From: Cyanophora paradoxa CCMP329
Taxonomy: Eukaryota; Plantae; Glaucophyta
Assembly (NCBI GenBank): GCA_004431415.1
Contig: QPMI01000168.1
Location: forward strand, 62,001-126,000
Length of the DNA stretch: 64,000 nucleotides
Reading direction: 5' to 3'
In this document: positions 36,464 through 48,188 of the stretch, one piece after another
Numbering within the stretch: position 1 is the first letter of the stretch
Layout of the letters: each line of letters begins with the position of its first letter
The notes under the pieces: generated by a model
The model's input: only the letters and a program-made list of their open reading frames with translations
Told to the model about the DNA's origin: nothing
Database searches by the model: none
Position numbers and translations under genes: made by a program

Positions 36464-37921
36464 CTAGGCGGGCATGACGCCTTCGACGCTGGCGGGCCAC
36501 TGCAGCTGCAGACCCCGCAGGATAACCGCCAGCTCCAGGCAGTCCACCAGCAGCCGCAGCACGGAGCCCTCACATTGGCCCGCCGCCCCGCGTCCCTCGG
36601 CGAGCGTCGGCAGGGCCAGGTACCGTGCGAGGACAGCGAGGGCGCCGTGCCGAAGTTTAGCGCCCTGCTGGCGCACCGAGAGCACCCGTGCGCCCCGTTC
36701 CACCCGAAGCTCGTCGAGGATACGCCCCCGGCCCCCCCTGGGGAACCGGTACCTGGCCTGTGCGCGCGTCAGTTTTCTTGGAAGAGCTCCGAGATTGCGG
36801 GAAAGGGGTGGGCGGAGAGCCAGCGGATGCCATATGCGCCACGCTGGTACTTGTACGGCTGCAGGTAAGCACACATGGAGGCCGGCACCGTCACGGGCGG
36901 GCCTACCAGGCCCTGAGCTCAAGGCTACGACGGGGGCCGGGCCGAGGTCAAGGGGCTCGTTGGCCGGGGGGGGAGGGGGGGGGGGGGGGGGGCCATATGC
37001 ATAGCTACCAGCGGTGCCTGAACAACCTCAGTCGGTTAAAGAGAGAACGAGAGGAAGGAAGGAGAAATCTAGAGAGGAGAGGGAGGAGAGGAGGAGGAGG
37101 AGGAGGGGAGAGGGGGAGGAGGAGGAGGAGGAGTGGGGAGGGGGGGGGGTGGGGGGGTGGGGGGGGGGGGGAGGGGGGGGCAGACGGTGAGGCACTCGTA
37201 GAGCTGATCGCGAAGTGGTCGTGGCCGCCGGGCCCAGTGGCGATACCGGTATCTGTGTCGATCTCGGCCAGCACGCACTCCGGGGCTTGCGTGGTGAGAG
37301 GAGAGCGGATGACGTGGGGGGTACGGGTGCACGTCGCGCGAGGGGCCGCTGCTGCCTTCACCGCCGTCCGACGGTCGCTGTCGCTGGAGGAGTCCTCTAG
37401 ATCTGCAGCTGCCGACTCTTCGCTACTGCGGCTCGCTGTCCGCCGCCGCTGCGGCTGCCCCATTTTGCTGCCGCTCGCGGCTTCGTCGACCTCGCGGCTG
37501 AAGGGCGCAGAGGGGAGTTGCCTGGCCCGCTGCGTCCGGCGGCGGTGCGGCCGCGGGCGAGGGTGCACGTGCGGACGCGGGCCGCCTGAGATGCCACCTC
37601 GAACGCTGAGGAAGCTTGGAAAGCCGCTTGGGAGGCGGGAGTCGCCTGCGCACGCCGACGCGCTGCCTCGAGCGTCAGGACTGACGCGGGACTCGTGGAC
37701 GCGGGCTGCCGTTCCGCGCCTGTAGAAGAGGATGCTGCCGGGGCTGTGCGACTCGCCCTGAGCTTACGCGTTCTCCCGGTTGTTAAGCTTTGCAGAGTAG
37801 CGCTGCGATCGAGAGCTACGCGGGGGGTGCGCCGCATCGGCGACGCTGCTAATAGACTTGAACGTTTTCCTGCCGGCGGGCGCTTGCGCCTGCTCAGAAA
37901 GACGTCGAGCATGTCGTTCAT
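36464..37921 (-). pseudogene. Low-complexity hypothetical locus containing a decayed SNF2-family (ERCC6L2/CHR9-like) Q-motif/motif I remnant
   Basis: 36678-36912 reads VTVPASMCAYLQPYKYQRGAYGIRWL...|ARY...GRGRILDELRVERGARVLS, resembling VPASINxxLxxYQREGxRWL...GGILADEMGLGKTVQVIS with Walker A destroyed; no downstream helicase motifs. Confidence 0.35.
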
Positions 37922-38799
37922 GGTCCGACGGGCGCCGAAGAGCCTATTCCTGCGTCTGAACTTCCTTCGGACGCGTACCCGGACGGCCTGATCTCTGATC
38001 TCAGATCTCTAACTTCAGATCTCAGATCGAGGTCTGTCCAGGCTCTCCGATCCGTCAAACCTGGGCGCCTCTGCGGCATCTCAGACGAGCGAGGGCCCAA
38101 TCTTCCTCAGGCAAGCGCGCTCTCTGCGGTCCTACGAGGCGCAGCGGGGAAGGAGAACGAAGCGTTACTGGAGCACTTGAGAACCGTAGGTACCGCGGCG
38201 TGCGCTCCAACGGCACGGGGCGCTCGCGGTGCCGGCGCACAGCACAGAATCTCCGGAACGCTGCCTGGAGCTCTTCCGCTGGTGACAGAGCTCGGACGTG
38301 CGCGTAGGCGTGGAGCACATCCGGTTGATGAAGGAGGCACTTGCAACTACGGACTCCGACGAGCGGACAACTCGGCTTGCCCTGGTGCGCCCCTCGCTGC
38401 ATCTTGGTTTCTGGGCTAGTTTCCCCTTAGCGCAGGTCGTCTCGGATGCATCGAAATTCGCGAATCGTGAAGTCGTGAAATCGATCGGCGACCTCCGAGG
38501 CTCAAGCTTAAGGAGAGAATCTCATGGATGATGGGGTTCACCCATCGGCCTTGAGCATTCTCTTCCACTCGCGCATGGAAAAGCATTGTGGATAGATCAT
38601 GCTGGGCGTAGTCGCTGTTGTGATTGCGTTCGCTCCCGCCCACCCGTCCTTCAGGTACTGGTCAATGCACGCAGAACTTCGGAACCGACCATGTGCACGT
38701 GCATCTAGACTTCGTTTTTCCCGCGTCCAACAGGCACTATCAATCAATCAAATTCGAATTCGACTTCCAGCGTTAAGCCCGTCCAAGATGGGCCGGTGT

Positions 38800-39145
38800 A
38801 GGGATGCAGCTGGCTGCATGGTTTATATTTCAATTTGTACAGTGCTACAATACATGTACATCCCAAGAACCCGTGTCCATCACCAGAGTACAGATGCTAA
38901 GCGTTCCATGAAATCAAAGTCCCACCCCGTCCAACCTCCATCCAGGGTGGGCTTCAATCACCCTCTAGGGATGCAGCTAGCGTTTGGCGACATGCAGAAG
39001 ATGGCGTTTGGAAAAACGCAGAAGCAACGGGGTACGATGTCAATGTGTCAAGTTCATAGTACAATTTTTACAGCTACAATACATCCCAAGAACCCGTTGC
39101 CATTGCCATTACCAGAGTACAGATGCTAGGCGTTCCATTGAAACG
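38800..39145. repeat. Degenerate tandem duplication of the ADA1 3' flank (38800-38915 vs 38968-39145)
   Basis: gggatgcagct...gctacaatacat(gtacat)cccaagaacccgt...accagagtacagatgcta(a/g)gcgttccat(t)gaaa occurs twice. Confidence 0.85.
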
Positions 39146-39239
39146 GTCCGCTCTTCGCCCAGAAGATGCGAGTGAAGCCTCAACGCAGTGATTGCGTCCT
39201 ACGAAAAAAGTGAGCATCGATATAGAGTCCTGGCGAATT

Positions 39240-40703
39240 TCAGTCACCTCGACTGTTACTGTGTGTGGAGGAGCGAGAGTTTGCATGTCCCTCTCCTTGC
39301 CGATCGGCCCTGCTGCGCTTGAGAACATTCTGTGTTGGTGCATGTAGAGGAATTCGTTCGCAGATACACCATACATCTGCAATGCGAATAATGTCAGGAT
39401 CCTCGCTTCGGATCACACTGCTTGATACTCGGAGCACCTTGTATAATGACTCTGGATCCTCGCTGCCATCAAGCTCGTCGCTGCGCGCTTCAGCCAGTTG
39501 TAGCCTATGCAGGCCAGCATTCTTTGATGACAATGTGCCGCCGGAAATACGTGCAGAAGGCCGCATGCCCACGAGTATTTGAAGAATGTCTAACAAGAAC
39601 ATCTGTGAAAGAGGTTAACAAAATACTCGCAATCATGAAAACTTTAACTTGAATTACCTCCTTCGCCTTGTGGGCCAATTTTACGAATTCAGGGGAGATC
39701 GAGGCCTGTGGCATACCCTCCTCCTGTGCCTTTTGTGCTATCTTCACCGCATCGTCCTCCTCTGAAGGCAAGTATGCGCAAGTGTCCAGGATATCCTCAG
39801 TGTCCGCTTGCAACCAATCTTGCATTTGCATATGTGGTTAGTTGCGAGAAAGGGAACGTTGCCATGCTATCAGAAACTCACCCTCACGAGGCTGAGACTG
39901 ATAGAAAGAAGACGGATCGTCTTCGTAGTCGGGATCAATGGGGACTGCACTGTCAGTGACTGGCATGACATCGAAGTCGTCCTCCTCATACAACGCTGTA
40001 CAAACAGAACTGATTGAGTGCATTCGAGACAATGCAGAGGGAAATGCGAATCACCTTGGTCAGGCTGCTGTGGAACGGCGCGCTGCGAAGCCGAGTACTC
40101 GGACGGCTTGAGCCGCCTGTCGACAATCTGTCCCTGGGCGCCCTTCTGCCGCTTCTCCGCACGACGGAATTGATCCTTGCCAGCGCGGCGATCTGCAGCA
40201 GCCTGTGCTTCTAGCATTGGGGTTGCCCTGCCCATGAGGCGGTCCGCATGTAGCCTACAGAATGGACCCCGAGGCATGTGCTTGTGATCAGGCGCCGGAA
40301 TCCCCGCGGCTGTATGCGCATTCTGCAGCATCGCTCGAACGAGCTTGTTGTGGAGCCGAACTGAGCGGGAGGGCCCAGCGAGCGTCAAATCGACGTGGGA
40401 ATAGCTAGGAGACAGGACGGACTCTTCTCCGGGGCGACCATGAGCTCCCGGATTACGCGATCGAACTCTGCCTTTGTACATTTGCTGCGAGAGGCCGTTA
40501 GAAGCCTCGACTTCGTCTGAGGCGCTGATGCGACTCCTGACCTTGTCAGAAAGCCTTTGAGAGCGGCGAAGTACTTCCCAGCAGTCGCATCGTCCAGCGA
40601 CTGCTGTATCTCGGCTTTGATGCCGGCTGTATCACCTGCGGACGGCTGGCGGGAGCGTGATTCTTCGCGGAGGACTGCGCGCGAAAACGAGCGAATGCAC
40701 CAT
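39240..40703 (-). CDS. TADA1: SAGA complex subunit ADA1/TADA1-like (start approximate)
   Basis: IKAEIQQSLDDATAGKYFAALKGFLT...TKAEFDRVIREL...VRLHNKLVRAMLQNA (SAGA-Tad1 N-terminal pattern) and histone-fold-like YLPSEEDDAVKIAQKAQEEGM...ISPEFVKL. Confidence 0.75.
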
Positions 40704-40939
40704 CCCGCGTTGCCCTGACCGACTGGATTCGTTCGGGTCACCCAAACCGAATACGCTCCGACGACTCGCTCCCGCTGGCTGGGCGTCGAGGCTCAAATGC
40801 GAGAGAGGGGTACGCTAAACTCGCAGTAGCGGTATAGCAGCTGGCTACCTAGCCGCACACAGGCGCCGAATACGATCAGTGAGCGCCAGCGCGGCCCTGC
40901 GCCTCCAGCCCCGAGCCCGCTGGGCCGGTCAGAGCCCTC

Positions 40940-42428
40940 ATGGCCTCGAAATTGATCAATGCGGCAACGTCATGGATTCCAGACTCCATTCCGAAGATTG
41001 ACCTCAAAATGCCAGCCTTCTTGAAGTTCGGCCGCAACAAGAAGGAATACGACCCCACAGCCCCCGAACCACCGGTGCGCTTGCACGAGCGGCTCAGCCG
41101 GCCGGGTCTCAATGAGCGCATGCAGCTACAATCATGTAAAATTAATTCAGCGCGCGGGTCTTGGTGGCGCGCCTCTGCGCTTTTCGAATTCATACGCCTA
41201 ACATGCAAGCGCCTCGCAGAAGCGGTTCGGCCCGCTCGAGGAGTTAATCCGACGCGTCGAGAAAGTCATGGATGAGACGGGGGAGGGCAAGAAGAAGAAG
41301 AAGAAGGACGACGGGGACCCGTCCGACGAGTTCACTCAAGTCCGCACCAGCATTGGCAACGCCATCAAGGAGATCCGCAAGGCCAGTCGCATATTTACTG
41401 TGCTCGCCTATTTATCCTCCTATTGAAGCTTTCGTGCACAGATGATCCAAGAGCGCGACGCCATGAATCCCAAGAAGGCAGGGCAGAAGGAGGTTGTCGC
41501 CGCATCGGCAAAGATTCGTGGGAAGATCAGGGAAGTCAAAGATGAATACACTCACCTGAAGCAAATTCTGCAGTCTCAGCAGCGGCAATTCGCCATCAAC
41601 AGCAAGAAGAAGAAAGTTCGCAGTATTGTTTGCTTGTGCTCAGCACACTTCATACTTACGCAGTGCAGCCTGGAAAATCCAACATTACCGAGGACAAGCT
41701 GTCTGTGCGCGAAGATATGATCAAGCTCATCGGAGACCACATACAGCAAGTCGAGGATCTGGAGAAGCGCCGGTTTGGCACTGACAAGAATGACAAGAAC
41801 AAGAAGAAGCTTCTAGAGGGCGCAAGAGCTGGCAGTGAGCTATTCACAAGTTTTCACACATTAATTTTCTTATTCAAGTGGTGTGCAGCATCTGGAAAGA
41901 CAACCTTTGGCAGGAGTGCAATCACAGAGGACTTGCCTGATGTGAATGATCCCGAGATTGAAGAGGGGCTTGAGCGGCTCTACCACAAGAACGCAGAAAT
42001 CGTGTGTTTCAGCCTCGTCTTTGCATTGGTCGGGAGCTAATCGCAATGCATGGCAGGACAAAGACCTCGACGACCTCAGCAAAGGAGTCAGCAGGTTGGA
42101 CGAGATAGCACGCACCCAGAACTCGCAGTTGAAGCAGCAGGCTGTGCGTCTTCATCTTGCAACTAAGCATCTACTGTCGGACTCATGATTGTTGTGCAGG
42201 CCATGATCGAGGAGCTGAACAAGAAGGGCGAACAAACTCTGCAGCATGCTCAGAACGTGAACAAGAAGATGAAGGATTTGATAAAACAGGTGCTGCTCGA
42301 GGTGCCATTCGATGGATGTCTTTTCTCATGGCATCTCGCAGATCAAGCCCCACAATTTCTGTGTGGATATCACCCTTTTCATTATCCTTATTGGCTGTGC
42401 GGGCTTGATTTATACCTTAGTGAAGTGA
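40940..42428 (+). CDS. SYP7: SYP7-family Qc-SNARE (SYP71-like)
   Basis: LEELIRRVEKV, VVAASAKIR, SNARE motif DKDLDDLSKGVSRLDEIA...MIEELNKK...NVNKKMKDLIKQ, C-terminal NFCVDITLFIILIGCAGLIYTLVK* typical of SYP7. Confidence 0.88.
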
Positions 42429-42511
42429 ACACGTTCCTTCATGCACTCGTTCTTTTCTTTCCGTGCAACATGATGTACAGTTGGTAGTGTAAGGTAGCTT
42501 GCAGCTAGTGA

Positions 42512-42606
42512 TCACATTTGGACAGGTTCCTAAAACGCAGGTCCGGGCTACAAGTGTGGGATCTACACTGCGGCCGCCGCGGCCGCGGGCCCAGCCCACC
42601 AGCGAA
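42512..42606 (+). repeat. Dispersed 95-bp repeat, copy 1 (copy 2 at 46732-46826)
   Basis: tcacatttggaca...taaaacgcaggtccgggctacaagtgtgggat.tacactgcggc...ccgcgggcccagcccaccagcgaa, direct orientation. Confidence 0.92.
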
Positions 42607-43529
42607 GTCATGATCACCCCCTATCTGCCGCAGTGCACTGGATGCCCTTCGATTGCCTGTGATCGCAAGATTCCTTCTATAAATCTGATTCCCGAGCAGA
42701 CAGAACTTTCAGGTTGGACGGGGCCGGGTCTTCGGCTCCCGGGGCTGGCCCGGGTCTTCGGCTCCCGGGCCTTGAGCAGCTTAGCTGGCAGAGGGCAATG
42801 CGATCTAATCCAGGTCCGGGCTTTGATTTTGCGGCATGCCCTGGCACCGGCCTGCCAGCTGCAGGCTGGGTCGCCCCCACACTGTGACACCGGGACGTTC
42901 GAGACCAAGCCCCGGGCCCCATTGCCGATATTTTAATTGCAAATTGGGCTCGCACTGCGGCAGGCTAGCGCTAGGAAACATCGGCGTGAGCGACGAGGCG
43001 CCATTTGATGTGTAAGCGATAAGGCGCCTTGGGGGGGGGGCTGGGGCCGGCATGCACATGCACCTGCTCAGCACTCGATCCATATCACTGAGTCAGCTGC
43101 AGGCCGGTTAAACGTTCCCCCGCCCGGCCTGGCGGGGCCCTGAGCATGGATATCATAATTTCGATCTCAAGAGTCTGCCGCAGTGCATGCCGCAGTGCAA
43201 GAGTCTATATAGCTACCCATTGTTAGCCGCTGAGCTAGCCGCCGGGCCGAGTAGTCCGGCATCCCCGGGCCTGCAGGAACTGCGATGCAGCAACCATCAC
43301 ATGCGTGGCCCTACGCATTGTTAGCTAGCCGAGTATGAATGCAGCTCAGTAGTCTAGAGCGTACATCACGTGTCCACGCCCAACGTAGCCCATTCGCTGC
43401 TATTCGACCCCCCCTCCCCCCTCCCACACACACACCCCACCCCACCCCCCACCAGCCCTCTTGATGCCGCGATCAGAAGTTGCTAACGATAGTCCTGGTT
43501 ATGCACACACAAAGCGAAGAGGAAGATTT

Positions 43530-45033
43530 CTAATTGTGCTGGCCAGCAAGGTAGCGCTCGAAGCGCTCGACCTCGCCCTTCGAGCCGTAGCAGACCTGAG
43601 ACCGGTCCTCGGTGTTCTCGATCTTGATGTTGAGGACGCTCTGCTTGCCGTCCGACGACTTGCCGCCGGCGCCCTCGATGAGCTTGGCGATGGGGGCGCA
43701 CTCGTACAGGACGCGGAGCTTAGCGGGCGCCGCGGCCGAGGCGGGGTTGCAGAAGACACCCTTGCCCTTGATGAGGATCTGGTTGACGTCCGGCACCTGG
43801 CGAGCTTTCAGTCAGCAATCGGCGAGTTTTGCAGGTAGCCGTGATGGCGTACCATGCCGCCAGTGTAACGGAGCTGGTACTTCTCACGGAGCCAGTAGTC
43901 AACGAGCGCCTTGTAGTTGGCGTTGTCCATGGTCGCGCGGAGGTTGCCAGGGGCGAAGAGCTTGCCCTCGGCTGGACGCTCCGTTAGCTACAAGAAGGCC
44001 GGATCGGGCAGGTACGAGGAGGGAGTGCACCGATCTCGTAGATCTCCTTGGTGTGGACCCACGAGCCGTCCTGCTCGAGGGTGAACTCGTGGGTGCCGTT
44101 CTTCACGGAGAGCATGAACTGAGTGCGCGGGCCATAGATGCCGAGGCCAGCGGCGACCTGCGCGCCCAAGGGCCATTCAGTACGGCGATCTATTGGAGGG
44201 GGGGGCGCGGTGGCCCGACCTGCTGGGCGCCGGTCACGCCGACGAGGTCCTTGCCGGGCCACACGCCGAAGATGGTGCCGACCGCGAAGTTGGTGTCTGC
44301 GAACGCGTTAGAAACGCAAAACAAAAAAAGAAGACGAAGACGCGCCGATGATCGAGCTGCCGTCGAGCGGGTCGAACGCAACGCTGTACTTGCCGTTCTC
44401 GTTGAGGGTGATCACATCGGACTGCTCCTCAGACGAGGCCGAAGCGCACGCGCCGCAGCGGCGGAGGGCGTCGAAGAGCAGGTTGTCGGCGAGGACGTCG
44501 ACCGCGAGCTGCTCATCGCCGAACGAGTTGAAGCACGAGGTGGCCGAGCACGACGCAGTCCGGACTTTGTACGCGATGGTGCGGATCGCGTCGCCGAGAT
44601 CCATGAGCAGGCGGCGGAGTTCGGGCTCAGCCTCGTTGTTCAGGAAGTCCTCGAGCAGCTCGCCAACCTGCGCCCGGGCGTTAGTCTAGCTATCAAAGAA
44701 AACCGAATCGAACTATCAAATGTGCGGGTTCGATCGGGCAGCCGCCCCCGGGTTGCCCGCGCGCACCCGCGCGCAGTGTGCGCGCATACGACGAACCTTG
44801 CTGACGATCTTGCGGGGGGCAGCGGGGGCAGCGGCAGCGCGGGCGGAGGCCTTGAACTGCACGTTGCGGCCGACGAACGAGTTCGACGAGGCGCCCAGGA
44901 AGGACGACTTCACGACCGCGCGGGCCGCGCGGATCGCGCGGGCCGGGGCGACCGACGAGCATGCCGCCGAGGCGACAGCCGGGTTGGCCTGAACGGCGGA
45001 CGACGCGGCGACCGGGGCGAGGGTGAAGGCCAT
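43530..45033 (-). CDS. SBP: Plastid sedoheptulose-1,7-bisphosphatase
   Basis: Transit peptide MAFTLAPV; [29 protein letters not shown] (regulatory CxxxxC), [12 protein letters not shown]|[32 protein letters not shown]|[18 protein letters not shown]. Confidence 0.96.
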
Positions 45034-45266
45034 CTTTTTTCTGGGACACGAACTGAGCGTACCCGTCGCCCCTCCCAGGCCCCAGGACCCAGATTCCAAC
45101 CCCCCCCCTCGCATTTTTTCCCCGCCGTCGACTCAAAGCCGCAGCCGCCGCGTAGTATACGTAGCTCGTATTACGTACGCCGATACGTAGCTGCCGTCGA
45201 CGCATCAGCTCTAAGCCGCACCGCACCACACCGCACCACCGTGCAGCAGCCGCAGAAGCGCCGGCA

Positions 45267-46727
45267 ATGCCGCCGCTTTCCAGGCAACCCAATGTGGAAA
45301 TTCGGGAGATCTCCAAGGAGAAGATTGTGCGCGAGCGCTTTTCATTACATGAACACTCGCCGCGCCCGGCGCGAGGGTCGGCGGCCCGAACCGCGTGTGT
45401 GGGCCGACGTGCCGTGCTTGCAGGTGTTCGAGCTCTCCAAAACAGATGCAAGCATGGCCAACGCGCTGCGTCGGATCATTCTGGCTGAGACGCCAACCAT
45501 GGCAATCGACCTCGTCGAAATAGAGAACAACACATCAGTTCTGCACGACGAGTTCATTGCGCACAGGCTCGGGCTCATTCCGCTCACGAGCTCCGGCTGC
45601 GACGAGAAGTTCCGGTCCCGAGGGGTTCGTCGCACGCGGCATGAGCTTCAGCGCGCTTTGACGCGTGCCTGCAGGAATGCGAGTGCGCAAGTCAGTGCCC
45701 GCAGTGCACAGTGACGATGAAGCTCTCCGTCAAGTGCACGGAGAACGCGACTCGCGAAGTGACGAGCAGGGATCTTATCAGTGACAACCCCGAAGTGGTG
45801 AGGTGGCATCCGATCGTATAGTGCCAGCCTGCACTCAGTCTAGGCCAGATCCCCGTGGACCAGGTCGGCACCAGTCTCGACTCCACGGGAGGAGACAACG
45901 GCATCCTTATCGTGAAGCTCCGCAAGGGCCAGGAAGTAAAGCTTACGGCTCTGGCCCGGAAGGTTCATGAGCTTGCGCAACCCCATTTAGAATCCGCTAA
46001 GGTTTATGCCAGGGCGTCGGGAAGGAGCATGCAAAGTGGAATCCGTCTTGCACTGCGTATTTCAAATATGATCCTGATGTTCGAATTATACCCGAAAAGG
46101 TTTGAGCAGCTGCCCCGTGAACTTGACCTTACGTGAATAATCTATCTGAATACCTTACCTGCAAAGATGGAGTCGCTGGACGAAGAGCAGCGAAGGAGAC
46201 TGTGCGCATCTAACAGATAAATTTCATTGGCTTGGCTGAATCTCCTGCTTGACAGGGTCGAGAGCTGTCCCGCAAAGGTGTACCGCTTCGATGAGCGCAC
46301 ACACATGGTTGATATCGAGGACATGAGCAGGTACCTGGAGAGCACATTCAACCCGCGGCCCTCTTAATGCATTTCCTCTTGAAGGTGTATGTACTGCATG
46401 GAGTGCACCAAGTATGCAGAAGAGATAGGGAAACCTGGCCCCGTACGGATCGAAATGAAACCTGAGCGCTACATCTTCACGGTCGAGGTGCACAAGCTGG
46501 GTGAAAAAGTCCTGCCTTGTGTTAATGGCTGGCTGCAGACGACAGGGGGCCTCAGCCCCGACGAAATAGTCATCTCTGCACTACGACAACTGCGGGAGAA
46601 GGTCTTTTGCTGTTCCATGTGGATCTTTGCAAGGGCTGACTGCCGCCCCTCCACCCAGCTCGTCCAGATCCAGGGTCATCTCCAGAATGAGGGCGACCCT
46701 GAGCTGATGGAACATGGATATGCATGA
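45267..46727 (+). CDS. RPB3: RNA polymerase II subunit RPB3
   Basis: [50 protein letters not shown], zinc loop [42 protein letters not shown]|TTGGLSP. Confidence 0.96.
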
Positions 46728-46731
46728 CAGT

Positions 46732-46826
46732 TCACATTTGGACACGTACTTAAAACGCAGGTCCGGGCTACAAGTGTGGGATGTACACTGCGGCGGCCGC
46801 CGCCGCGGGCCCAGCCCACCAGCGAA
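46732..46826 (+). repeat. Dispersed 95-bp repeat, copy 2, starting 4 bp after the RPB3 stop codon
   Basis: Near-identical to 42512-42606. Confidence 0.92.
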
Positions 46827-47347
46827 CTGGCCCGGGCCCTGCGTGGCCCCCTAAGGAGAGTAATGCGCCTCCCCGCGGGCACTCTAGCTAGCTATAGCTA
46901 CCTGTGCCCGCACGGCGTGGTGCTGCATCGCGTCTTGTGGCGGCGGGGGTCGTCTCAGGGCGGTGGCGGGAGCCCCTACAGGCCCTGGGGGGCCCGACAT
47001 GGAGTCAACCTGTGGACGGGGGGCGAAAAAGGGTGTCAGATCGAAATCGAAAGGTCCAAATCAAAGCAAATGGGGGCGCACTCGATCGACGAGCCTCCCG
47101 CCCAAAGGGGCTCAGTATTCAGGTTGCGCATGCTGGGTTGGCTTGACGACACTCCGATGAGGAGGAGCATTCAAAGACAGAGTTCCAACAAAAGCACACT
47201 GCAGCTAGCGCTGGGACATTTGGTATTAGGCCACGGCTAAGGAAACGTCAGAAAAAGACCAGCCGCCGGGCTTCGAAAACGTCAGAAAAACACTGCGTAT
47301 ACGTAACTTTAAAAAAAATATATTCATAATAATTTGCCAGTATAAAA

Positions 47348-47428
47348 AGTAATAATTCATAATATCAGCGACTCGGTGATAGGGGCTGCGTATAAGTAAT
47401 AATTCATAATATCAGCGACTCGGTGATC
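47348..47428. repeat. ~33-bp direct repeat (2 copies)
   Basis: aagtaataattcataatatcagcgactcggtgat twice, separated by ~13 bp. Confidence 0.9.
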
Positions 47429-48073
47429 CCCTCGGGGCCTCCATGGCCACGCCTGCAGGGACGGCTGAGATGGGGTGCGGTTGGACTTGAGTGATTAAGC
47501 CTTGGAGCTCGAATGGATGACTCAGGACTGACGGGATGACCGTAGTACGATTTGACAAAAGGCGAAGGACCCAAAGGCCTAAGGCACACTGTAACAATTG
47601 ATTTTGTTTTCTGCCCATGGGGCCTGCCAGCTGCAGGCTGTCACAGTGTTCTTGACTCAGTGAAAGACCTCATGATCAGGGCCTCGCGATCAGAGATCAC
47701 ACAGGGTTATATACTATGATAAAGTTGATAGCGTTGGATTGAGGGGCGCAGGAATTACTAAAGTTAACATTGGACCTTGATTTGCCAGTTTGCAAAGTTG
47801 CAATTGAGACCCAGGTAAGTTGGGTTGCCACGGTTGGACGGGGTGAAACTTTTGTGGCTTATAGCTGGGGAGTCGAGTCATGATCAGGATCCCCTTGACT
47901 CTGTGATCTTGCGCCACTTGCTTCATTGAACACGAGCGATTCCCTATTCCAACATTGAAGCTTGCGTGATTTACACAATTTACAGCATTCTACTCACACA
48001 CGATCCCTAGCTCCTATGCATATGTCTTGCGATCGTGATTGCCTACGACTTCTTTAATTTGTGATTGCTTTGT

Positions 48074-48119
48074 CGATTTTTAATTTTACTAACTACGATT
48101 TTTAATTTTACTAACTACG
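48074..48119. repeat. 22-bp tandem duplication in the RAV1 3' flank
   Basis: cgatttttaattttactaacta x2. Confidence 0.9.
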
Positions 48120-48188
48120 GGGGTTCGCCCTTCCGTAGTCTCTCAAAAAAAAAACTCACACAAATTACCAGAAAGCGATTCACATAAG

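Noticed and set aside
35518-36500. Several long overlapping ORFs
   Set aside because: Very GC-rich low-complexity sequence open in most frames; no motif support
37990-38700. Plus-strand spliced gene opposite 37921
   Set aside because: Splice-like signals exist but I could not build an ATG-initiated, stop-free model or recognise a product
43530-45033. Fructose-1,6-bisphosphatase call
   Set aside because: [21 protein letters not shown] and GTIFGVWPG are SBPase-type motifs
43612-45714. 700-aa plus-strand ORF
   Set aside because: Shadow frame antisense to SBPase that runs into the genuine RPB3 exon 2
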